DNA from: Azolla caroliniana
Lineage: Eukaryota; Plantae; Polypodiophyta
Reading direction: 5' to 3'
Length of the DNA: 64,000 bases
NCBI GenBank assembly: GCA_043228905.1
Contig: JBHGNT010000001.1
Coordinates: forward strand, 20,522,001 to 20,586,000
Below the pieces are notes generated by a model. That model worked only from the letters and a program-made list of their open reading frames with translations, was not told the DNA's origin and did not search any database. Made by a program: the position numbers and the translations under genes. Shown here one piece after another: positions 50,407 to 59,853 of this stretch (position 1 is the stretch's first letter; each line of letters starts with the position of its first letter).

Positions 50407-51119
50407 TTACTTGCCCTCCTTGTATATGTATATATGTATATATATTTATATATTTATTTATCTAGTCGCCGGACGCCGGTTCGTCGGATGCCGTTGGTTA
50501 CCGGTGCCTCATCGGATGCTGTCGCCGGTTGCCGTCGGTCACCGGTGCCTCGCCGGATGTCGTCGTCTCACCGGCGCCGGATACCAGTGCCGCCGGATGT
50601 CGTCGGTTACGTGTGCCTCGTCGGATGCCATCGTCTCAACGGCTCCATCGCCGGTCCGGTTTTGGTTGCCCAAAAACCCATTACCAATAGCTAGCCCACC
50701 TCCACTCTTAGTTCAAGTTACCTTGAACTCTCTATGCTCCACACATAGATACAAAGATAATATCTTTTGCTCTACCTTATATATGATGAGAGTCGTATTT
50801 GTCGTGCCTATGTGGGATATCTCACAATTTTCTCTTTTCCTTTCACAAACTTTATACCCTCATATCTTGACATTTAGTTGTCCGTTTCTCGTGTAATAAA
50901 GTGTATTCGAAACCTCCATCATTTTGTACTTAGATATTAAATTTATTTAAAATGTTATCTTCAGAATTATTGTATTATGTGATTCATACTCGATTTCGTA
51001 CAATTTATGGGATTTTCACACTATTGCCGAAAATCTTCACGACATCCACCCCCACCAAACCGCACGTCCTCCGGTACGTGCCAAGAAGAGAGAAAGGGAG
51101 ATTTCGGCTACGATGATCA

Positions 51120-54100
51120 ATTAGATTCCTCCATGTCTTCATTTACATCCGCCCTATTATGTTCATCGTCGAGGTAATCGAGGTCAGGATCCTTGTCTTG
51201 TCTTTTCTTGAAAATCTTTACGGCCCGAACCATCTTCTTGCGAATTTCCTTGTTGTACTGTGTTGAGTGTCAAGGGTGCTATCGTAAACCAAAACCTAAT
51301 CCCCTTCTTCAATCTTCTTGGGACGAAGTCGATGCATGTTATCGAACCAAACCTTGTTCTTTACTCGGGCTGCCTTTATCATCTTTTGCGCTTTTTCTAA
51401 ATCTTCATGTCTTGTTTCAAGTTGCCTTATCCGCGCCGCTAATAACTCTTCTCGGCTCATCTCGTTCTCCCATGGTATCGCTACCCATGAGGCGATCTTC
51501 GTTTCGATGGGCATAATCGGCTTTTGTCCATACATAAGCTCCGTCGGCATATACCCTGTCACCGAGCTATGTGTCGTTCTATCGGCCCACAAGGCATAGG
51601 GTAATAGTCGTGGCCAATTCCCGACTCAACCGTTGCATGCCCGTACGATGGCTTTAATGATAGGTCCATGCCCTCGCTCGATCTTCCCATTTGCTTCTGG
51701 ATTGTAGGCAGTCGTGAGGGAGAGCTTCACGCCTAGTCTTTCGAAGAGCTCCGTCGCTTCGTGCGCGTCCAACTCCCCTCGGTCGGCCACTATCTTCCCT
51801 ACACATCCATATCGGCAAACAACATCTTCAAGTAGAAATTGCAAACGGCTGAGGTCGTCTTATTTGTAAAGCCTCATCCTTCCACTAGATTTGTCAAGTC
51901 TTCCCTTGCTAGAGCTAAGTACTTCATTTGTCCCACTCCCATTGGCATCGAGACCAGATCCACCATCCATTTGAAGTGTATGGTGAGTGGGTATGTCGGC
52001 TTTAACTCATCACGATGACGTATATTTGAATATACTTGGAAAGTTTCGCATCTGGACACGAAATGGAGTACATCTTTGTACATGCTTGGGCACCAGTACT
52101 TCTCCTTCAACTTTTCGAACGTCGCCCATGTTCCTCTATGACCTGCCCAAGCACTCTCGTGGAATTCAGTCATCAGCTTCTCTTGCTCTTCTTTCTTTAC
52201 CACCACTCGACATGGTATTCCTGTCCTTCTTTTTGGATGTCGCTAAAGGAATCCTCCCTTCAAGAATTATCGGTAAGCTTTCTTTTGAATTCGTAGGGCC
52301 TCCTCCTTTGTCAACGAAGCATCTGTCGTCAATGTTCCTAGGAATCTACCACTGAGTAACCACTCCCCTTCGTACTCGTTCTCGTTGAAGGCGTGGAGGG
52401 TTTGCGTGTCCTGGTCTTCCGCCGACAATTGAGCCATCTTGAAGAAGTCGAGGGTGACATCTTCATCTTCCGAAACCATGTTACTTCCATTTGAAAATCT
52501 TGCCCTCGACAACATGTCCGCCATGGCGTTCTTCCTCCCTGCAATGTGACGGATCTCTGGGTTTAAAGACTTGATGTAGGCAATCCACCTTAGCATAGCA
52601 AGATCTAGGGTCGCACATCCCGAGACCATTCCGAGAATTGGGAGACAATCTGTCTCTATTATCACTTCTGACCCGATCAGGTAATCTTTGTCTGTCTTCA
52701 CTGCCGACACAATACCCCAAAGTTCTTGCTTGACTTGGGCATATCTTTGTTGCCGTTCGCTGAGAACCTTTGCTCCAAACCGGATGGCATATCACGCATT
52801 ATCTTCACTTTCTTGATTGATAACCCACCCGATTCCGGTTGGGCTCGTATCTACGGTCACGTAAATTGGTTTCCCTTCGGCATAGTCGGCCTTCCTTAGT
52901 GCCGGAGCTTCAAGAAGCAGTTTCTTTAATCTTCGCATCGCCTTTGTGTGCTCGTCTCGCCATTCGAACTTTATTCTTTTCTTTAGTAGTCCATATAATG
53001 GTTCGGCGACATGAGCGTAGTGAGGAATCCATATATGATAAAACGCGCACGCTCCAAGGAACCTTCGAACCTCCGTTTGGTTTTCGCATTCTTCTTTCAT
53101 GTCTTGGATTGCATTCACTTTGGATGGCGAGGGCTTCCGGCCGTATGCTCCACACAAGTGACCTACCACCAAGATCTCCGGTTGCCCGAATGCGGATTTT
53201 TCTCCCGAAAATGTCAAATTCGCATCTTCGAGCCTTTGAAGCACCTTCTCGCAATCTTTCATACGATCCGCAACGAACTTTCTACAACCTTCCTTATCTT
53301 TCGATTCATCTTTCTCCTCATCCGAACATCCTTTTATCGGAATATCATCCAAGAATGGCATCGTGATGTCCGGAATGCAATCCTTCAAGACTTTATTCAT
53401 GACATTCACCATATGAGCCGCCGAGTTCGTTGCACCTTGGGGTAAGGTACACATCCTCACCAGCCCGATCGGAGTCCTCATGGTTGTCATGTCCCGACTG
53501 TCGATCGCCTATTGGAATTGGTCATATCCGGAGTATAGATCGCCAATGGAGTAGATGGACCGGCCCGCAAACGCTTCGGCAAATTCGTCCACGCTCGGAC
53601 CGATTCCGGCATTTCAAATTGTCACCTTGTTGACGGGTTGAAGATCTTGGATGAATCGCAATGATCCATTCTTCTTCGGCACCGTCAACCACCTATTGGA
53701 ATAAGGAGCATTCGACAGTTCTAGAATTCCCATACTCACCTTCTACTTTAAGAGCTCGATCAGCTTCGGAATGTGTGCTCTCGGATCCGGTATCGATTTC
53801 AAATTCCAAGGCACATGAGGCACCGTGAAGATCACCATCGGCTCTATAACCTTTGGGTCGGTGCATCCGATTTCTCGTGGGAAGAATGCGAAAGCCTTCC
53901 CATGTCTCTCAAGCATATCGCGAAACATTCGCTCCTCTTCAGGGAGAAGGAAATCCTCCTTTCCAACTCGTAGCTTCCCCTTCGTCTCTTTGGTGAAGAC
54001 ATGACCTATCTTCTTCGGATCTCTTAAGCTTGGATCGTTAGCGACTTCCTTCATCTTTTGCCAGCTATCTTCCGGTAGCGGAACCGCAACTGGCTTGATC

Positions 54101-55091
54101 TTCTTATCCACCGTTTTATATTTCGTGTTGATGTCAGCTTCCTTCATCGAGATGGCACGACGGTATTCATCGATGATAGCGTACATGTTGACGGAGTTAA
54201 CCGAAATCACGCGTTGGTTGTGAAGATAACTCAAGTCCACGACATCCTCGATTTCGCCGATGGTGTCGTTAAATGAGGTTTCTTCCATAATATGAGTCAC
54301 GAACTCTCCTTCTTCTATTATGTTCTCTTCTCTCAGCATCTTCTCGAATTCTTGTATCCGGCGCTTGTGCTTCTTGTCGGGTAGTACTAGTTTACATGCG
54401 CCACTAGGTGTGACACATGTTGCTTCCACATGAGTCGCATAGTGCATCGCATCCACATGAGTCGCATCGGCATCCTCCATAGATTTCTTCATTCCTCCTC
54501 TTCTGAAATTCACCCGTAGGGGTCTTCTAGTCTCGCTTGAGCAGATCATTTTGTCCTCTATGTATACGATATTTTGTTGAATCGCCTCTCGAAGGCTCGC
54601 ACAATCCCTTCTCATGTGGTCCATGCTATCGCACCACACACATCTAAAGGGTTCTTTTCCTTTAGGGCCCCGACGATTCACGTTGGCTAGCGTGACCTTC
54701 TCGAACTTCTTCGCTAGCTCTTCAATGATGTCGTCATCAATCTTCTTTTCTTCCACGTTACTTTGTCTTGGCGGCTCAGCTACTTTCGGCGGACTTTCTT
54801 TCTCCGTGGTAGTCGGTCCCGTCAAGTCGGTGTCATCAACCCATTGGCGACGCTTGTCGAGCCTATTGCATGCCCGCTTCACCGCGATCCAGTCTACTAC
54901 GAGCCCATTTGCTTGGGTATCATCTTCGAGAAGAGTCCCCAACTCCCGTCTATCCTTTATGTCCACGGCCTTCAAGAAGTACAGAGTCTTGTCCTCTTCA
55001 AACAACACTTGGTCTGTATTGGGGAGACGACTAAACATCTGGTCGAATTCGTTGTACACCCTCAAGACGCTCATCTTCTTATTCTTCTTCT
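51120..55091 (-). pseudogene. pol: Element H gag C-terminus and pol; protease region apparently deleted
   Basis: CVWCDSMDH knuckle, LPQGATNS, PFLDD, TVDTSPTGIG, IVADRGEL, YNPEANG. Confidence 0.88.
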
Positions 55092-55121
55092 ACTCGTAAA
55101 ACCGCCGCAAAGTTTGGGGGT

Positions 55122-55952
55122 ATGATTGATAATGAGCCGAGATCACCAACAAATCTCGATTCTAATGCAATGGACAAAATGCTTATGAGTCACTTGATTT
55201 CTCTTCAAGAAACCATAAACAAGCAAGGTGAAGAGATTAGGATGTTAATGAAAGAGAATACTAAGCTCCAAAGTGTTGTCATTGAGAATGAAAGTCTTAA
55301 ACAAGTGGTTGCAAAACTTCAAGAAGAGATTCAAGAATGTAAAAGAGCTTCATTTGAAACAAATGAGCGCCTTAACCAGATTGAGTTAAAGGAAGCATTA
55401 AAAGAAGAAAAATTGGATACGATGAGGCGGGATGTAAGTGAGATGAAAAATGTATGTACAACGAAGTCATGGGCCGATGTATGTGGTGGGGATGTGTTAT
55501 CAAACTCATCTAATATGCATGTGATGCATCAAGAGAAGAATATAGAAAGCATAGATGTCCGAGAATTGAAAGAACGCGAACGACGATCAAAGAACATTGT
55601 CGTCCGTGGGATTAAAGAAGAGAGTATGGAAACACCCGCATCCCTTGGAAAGGCCATTGGTGAATTTTTTAGCATGCATTATGGGATGTCAGATGTGAAT
55701 GTATATGGGGCACACCGAGTTGGGAAACATGGTGTTACTCGCTCCGGAGAAAGGCCTATTGTATGCACAATGACAGATGATACAAAGCGGCGGATCATAC
55801 TCGAAAATAGTTGGGTATACCTCAAAGGTACACAATGCTTTGTGAGTGAAGATCGTACTATCTCACAACAAAATGCTCGTCGTAAAGCATATGAAGAAAG
55901 ATTGAAAAACAAGGTTAAGGATGTGCCTAAAGATGGAAATGTAGGCAAATAG
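55122..55952 (+). CDS. LINE ORF1 (coiled coil plus RRM-like domain)
   Basis: Heptad-rich N-terminal half, ERERRSKNIVVRGIKE, HRVG..RPIVC, VSEDRT motifs typical of LINE ORF1. Confidence 0.85.
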   Translation: MIDNEPRSPTNLDSNAMDKMLMSHLISLQETINKQGEEIRMLMKENTKLQSVVIENESLKQVVAKLQEEIQECKRASFETNERLNQIELKEALKEEKLDTMRRDVSEMKNVCTTKSWADVCGGDVLSNSSNMHVMHQEKNIESIDVRELKERERRSKNIVVRGIKEESMETPASLGKAIGEFFSMHYGMSDVNVYGAHRVGKHGVTRSGERPIVCTMTDDTKRRIILENSWVYLKGTQCFVSEDRTISQQNARRKAYEERLKNKVKDVPKDGNVGK

Positions 55953-55958
55953 GGACAC

Positions 55959-58900
55959 GTGATCTATGAGACTAACCCACGCCTTTTACGACTATGCTTT
56001 TGGAATTGCAATGGATACCCATGGAATGCGGGATTTGGCATAGAGGAGTTCACCAATGACTCGGATATCACACTTCTTGTTGAAACATGGGAGCATGATA
56101 CTCAAAGGATTCAAGGTTTAGGAAACTATAATGTACACTCTTTGATATGGAAGAAAAATCCAAGACAAAGAAGAGGACAAGGAGGGGTGGCATGTTTGAT
56201 TAAGAAGGAAATAGAGAAATATGTGTCAATCATAAAAAATGATGAAAATAAATGCTACATATGGCTCAAAATAGAAACACCTAATGATTTGCCCACTTTT
56301 GTTGTTGGATGTTACATTCCTCATCAAGATTCTAACTTTTATGCTTGTTTGGATAAAGATCAACCGTTTGCCAATCTAGAAGATGATATTGCTTATTTCA
56401 AATCCAAAGGGGAAGTTATTGTCTTTGGTGACATGAATGCTCGTACAAGAAGTTTCCAACTTGATTCACAAGAATCTTTCATGCCACATATCTCAAGGAT
56501 GCAAGAGGATATGCAAATGTATAACCGCTCTTCTAGCGATGAAAAAGATCCAGACCAATTTGGGAAACTACTCCTACAAATGTGCAATAGTACCGGATTG
56601 CTTATTGCAAATGGTATTTCCTTATGGCCCAACACTAATGGTTTTACATGTAGAAAATACAACGGAAATAGTGTGATTGATTATGTGCTACTTTCCGAAG
56701 GTATTTTGGATCGTATACATAAATTCTCACTTGGTGAATGGACACCGGAATCAGATCATAGGCCTTTATGTATTGATCTCAAATGTATGCATAGGTTTGA
56801 TTGTGAGAAGGCTATTGAAGATAATAAACAACCGCACTTGAGCATGAACCTTAAGCGAGCACCCATGTATTCCAAGATGGTTGAGGATATGTTACAAATG
56901 ACAAAGATACAACATGGTGCCACACTAGAATGCAAATGGGAAGCTTTCAAGAAAGTCATTCTCTCATGTACAAACAGATGTTTTTCGACCAACCGCACAT
57001 CTTGGAAATGCACCAAGAAACTTAGGAAAAAATGGTTTGATAAAGAATGTCGTGAAGCTCGAAAGTGCCTTATGGTTTTGGATGTAGTTAAGGATAAAGA
57101 GAATTACCAAAAGCATTTGCATGAGTATAAAAGGCTTATTCAAAGAAAGAGAAGAATATGGGAAGTTACTCAACAATTTATCCAAACGCAAGAGAAAGCA
57201 CATGCATGTGCTAAATTTTGGGGAAATCTAAAGGGAAAACGTGTTGAGAGTTATGGTGACTTAACTCTTCACGACTTGTCTATGCATTGTAAGAATTTAT
57301 ATGAGTTATCTCTTGCCGGAAAGATGATGTGTTATGGTTCTCTTTCACATATGCCTTCCTTCTTTACAATTGAAGATATATGCATAGGACTTAAGAAATT
57401 GGCCTCTCGAAAGGCAAGCGATCTTCAATGTATAAAGGCTGAAATGCTCAAATGGACGGGAAAGGAAGCACATATATGGATAAGCGATATGTTTAATGAT
57501 GCATTGCAACATGGTATGCCGTACGATTGGACTACAAATTGGATCAAACCTTTACATAAAGGTGGAGATATAAATAATGTAAACAATTATCGAACCATCA
57601 TGGTTGGCTCATTAATGGCAAAACTATTTGGATGTATAATGGAATCAAAGATAAGTGTATGGGCTGAAAAAAGTGGTAAGAGAGCTTATGGACAAGCTGG
57701 CTTTCGGAAACACCATAGCACCATTGATCACCTTATCACCCTTCGAGTATTAATGGAGGAAAGTCGCCTTAGAGGTAAAGGTTTATATTGTTGCTTTGTA
57801 GACTTCAAGAAAGCTTTTGATATGGTACCTCGTGAGCATCTTTGGAGGCGAATGGAAGAACTTGAGGTGCCAAGTGAATATATGCTTGCAATTTCCCGAA
57901 TTTATGAGAAGGTTATATGTTGTGTGCGCATGAAAGATAAACTTTCAGATTTTTTCAAAAGCACTATTGGTGTTAAGCAAGGATGCCCACTCTCACCAAC
58001 ACTATTTGGTCTATGCATTGATGAATTGGAAGAAATGGTTACCAAGTTTGCAAAGGAAGAATGTGTTGAAGAAGTTGCCATTGGGAATGTTGTGATTATG
58101 CTTTTGCTATATGCAGATGACGTAGTGCTTTTTGCAAATACTTTAGGAGATGCACAAAAGCTTATGAAGGCATTGGAAAATTTTTGCATGCATACTAAAT
58201 TAAGTGTCAATAGCTCTAAAACAAAGATTATGCTTGTGAAGAGCCAAAAAAGAGATAAACCATGCATTATGTACAACAATGAGCCACTTGAATGTGTGGA
58301 AAGCTTCAAATATCTTGGCCTTGAAGTTCCTTCAAATCATAGATGGAATGAATGTGCTACACGCCGCTTAGAGGCGGGCAAACGAGCATACTATGCATTT
58401 GAGAACACATGCAATCTTGGAGATATTAAGTGTTGGGTCCTCAAGAAATATCTTTTTGACACTTTGGTGACACCAGTTCTTCTCTATGGGGTGGAAGTAT
58501 GGGGCGGTAGCATCCCTAAGTCTAGGTGGAAAGAGTTTGAAAATGTCCAAAAGCATTTTCTTACCAAGTTTCTACAAGTTAAGAAACAAACGCCCTACAC
58601 CCTCCTCCTCCTTGAGACGGGATCGCTTCCCATTGAGATCATGGCCATGGAAAGGGTTGTTGAATACATGCTTAAGGTTCAAAAAAGTCCCTCACATCGA
58701 CTTCCTAGAATTGCGTGGGAAGCAAGCAAAAAGATCCAAAAGACGCATAAAAGCAAAATTTTGTGTTCCGGTTGGATGCAAGATATAGAAAAATGGTTTG
58801 GTAGATGGGATGCGAGACACTTGCTTCATGATGCATCATTAGATTCCTCTGTAAATGAGGCATTTTTGCAACGCCAATGTATCATGACATGGGACAAATG

Positions 58901-59333
58901 TGGAGGCTCACGCTTCACACATTATACTACACATGTTGCACCTAACTACAAAACCATATTCTTTGCGGAACGGGGAAATCGTACACATCCATACATGTTA
59001 GAGCCCATACCGTTATCTGCCATTCGAACCATTGCTTCCATGCGACTTAGCTCACATGCATTGCGATGTGAAACAGGGCGTTGGGGTACAAGTGATGAGA
59101 GTGGTCGGCTATGCACACTTTGCCCTAAACAAGTTCGCGAGTCTGAGTATCACACTTTGATACAATGCTCTGCCTTTGATCATATTCGACCATGCTTTCC
59201 ACATCTCTTCGATCGAGCCCAATCTTTGCATGAATTCCTCTCACAACCACAATGTGCACTCTCGATTGCAACATTCATTGGTAAAGTTCTTGAACATCGA
59301 GAGTCACTACTCACTTTCACACGTATCACGTGA
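55959..59333 (+). CDS. LINE ORF2: AP endonuclease, reverse transcriptase and C-terminal Cys/His motif
   Basis: WNCNG, VETW, GDMNAR, IDY, SDH endonuclease motifs; VDFKKAFD, GVKQGCPLSP, YADD, KYLG; CTLC..H...C. The ORF starts at GTG. Confidence 0.95.
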   Translation: MIYETNPRLLRLCFWNCNGYPWNAGFGIEEFTNDSDITLLVETWEHDTQRIQGLGNYNVHSLIWKKNPRQRRGQGGVACLIKKEIEKYVSIIKNDENKCYIWLKIETPNDLPTFVVGCYIPHQDSNFYACLDKDQPFANLEDDIAYFKSKGEVIVFGDMNARTRSFQLDSQESFMPHISRMQEDMQMYNRSSSDEKDPDQFGKLLLQMCNSTGLLIANGISLWPNTNGFTCRKYNGNSVIDYVLLSEGILDRIHKFSLGEWTPESDHRPLCIDLKCMHRFDCEKAIEDNKQPHLSMNLKRAPMYSKMVEDMLQMTKIQHGATLECKWEAFKKVILSCTNRCFSTNRTSWKCTKKLRKKWFDKECREARKCLMVLDVVKDKENYQKHLHEYKRLIQRKRRIWEVTQQFIQTQEKAHACAKFWGNLKGKRVESYGDLTLHDLSMHCKNLYELSLAGKMMCYGSLSHMPSFFTIEDICIGLKKLASRKASDLQCIKAEMLKWTGKEAHIWISDMFNDALQHGMPYDWTTNWIKPLHKGGDINNVNNYRTIMVGSLMAKLFGCIMESKISVWAEKSGKRAYGQAGFRKHHSTIDHLITLRVLMEESRLRGKGLYCCFVDFKKAFDMVPREHLWRRMEELEVPSEYMLAISRIYEKVICCVRMKDKLSDFFKSTIGVKQGCPLSPTLFGLCIDELEEMVTKFAKEECVEEVAIGNVVIMLLLYADDVVLFANTLGDAQKLMKALENFCMHTKLSVNSSKTKIMLVKSQKRDKPCIMYNNEPLECVESFKYLGLEVPSNHRWNECATRRLEAGKRAYYAFENTCNLGDIKCWVLKKYLFDTLVTPVLLYGVEVWGGSIPKSRWKEFENVQKHFLTKFLQVKKQTPYTLLLLETGSLPIEIMAMERVVEYMLKVQKSPSHRLPRIAWEASKKIQKTHKSKILCSGWMQDIEKWFGRWDARHLLHDASLDSSVNEAFLQRQCIMTWDKCGGSRFTHYTTHVAPNYKTIFFAERGNRTHPYMLEPIPLSAIRTIASMRLSSHALRCETGRWGTSDESGRLCTLCPKQVRESEYHTLIQCSAFDHIRPCFPHLFDRAQSLHEFLSQPQCALSIATFIGKVLEHRESLLTFTRIT

Positions 59334-59410
59334 AATGTAATATTTTTGGTCTCATAGGTCATATTTGATCTCCGAAGACGATAATATAATCTATCTATCT
59401 ATCTATCTAT

Positions 59411-59792
59411 CTATCCACTTGTTCAGGGCATGTCGAGTCATCCGCGTTGAGTCTTCAGTCACGAACTCCGCTAGTATCGTTTTCTCGAACTTGGACCATG
59501 TTGTCTTACCTTCTTGAAGCTCGATGACGCTTCTTTGGATGTTGTTGGCGACAACTCTCTTGAAGCTTGCGATTTGACGTGCCTCGGACACGTCCCTCTG
59601 ATTCATCTCCCTTCTATATGCATCCAGGAACTTCGTAACGTTCCTTCCATCGAATTGGCCCTCGAGCTCTACGACACGATCGACAGCCTTCTTAATGCTT
59701 GCGTCGTTGTCCCGAGATCTCATCATTTGCTCAACGATTAGCATCATCCTTTCGAGCTCTCCCGCTTGGTTGCTTGAGGACGCCATCTCCAA
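59411..59792 (-). pseudogene. gag: Element H gag N-terminus
   Basis: Follows the PBS; continues in frame into 55091 when the LINE is removed. Confidence 0.85.
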
Positions 59793-59853
59793 GTATTAAT
59801 CTCGACTTGATCCTTCCTATCGCCTCTTTCAGGCCGGGTTCACCACTTAATTA

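Larger units (their letters stand above)
55092..59410 (+). mobile_element. Apparently full-length non-LTR retrotransposon (APE-RT LINE, RTEX-like by motifs)
   Basis: Interrupts H gag (NKWI/EKKNKKM rejoins across it); two long unbroken ORFs; 3' hairpin and (ATCT)6 tail; no TSD. Confidence 0.9.

Noticed and set aside
50346-50420. Functional tRNA gene (Arg-CCT-like loop); likewise the F LTR modules
   Set aside because: The acceptor and anticodon stems do not pair, so I report these only as promoter-box mimics.
50053-50896. Hydrophobic or Met/His-rich ORFs in H LTRs as env-like genes
   Set aside because: They arise from low-complexity ATGC and TA-rich LTR sequence, and the frames are not conserved between LTR copies.
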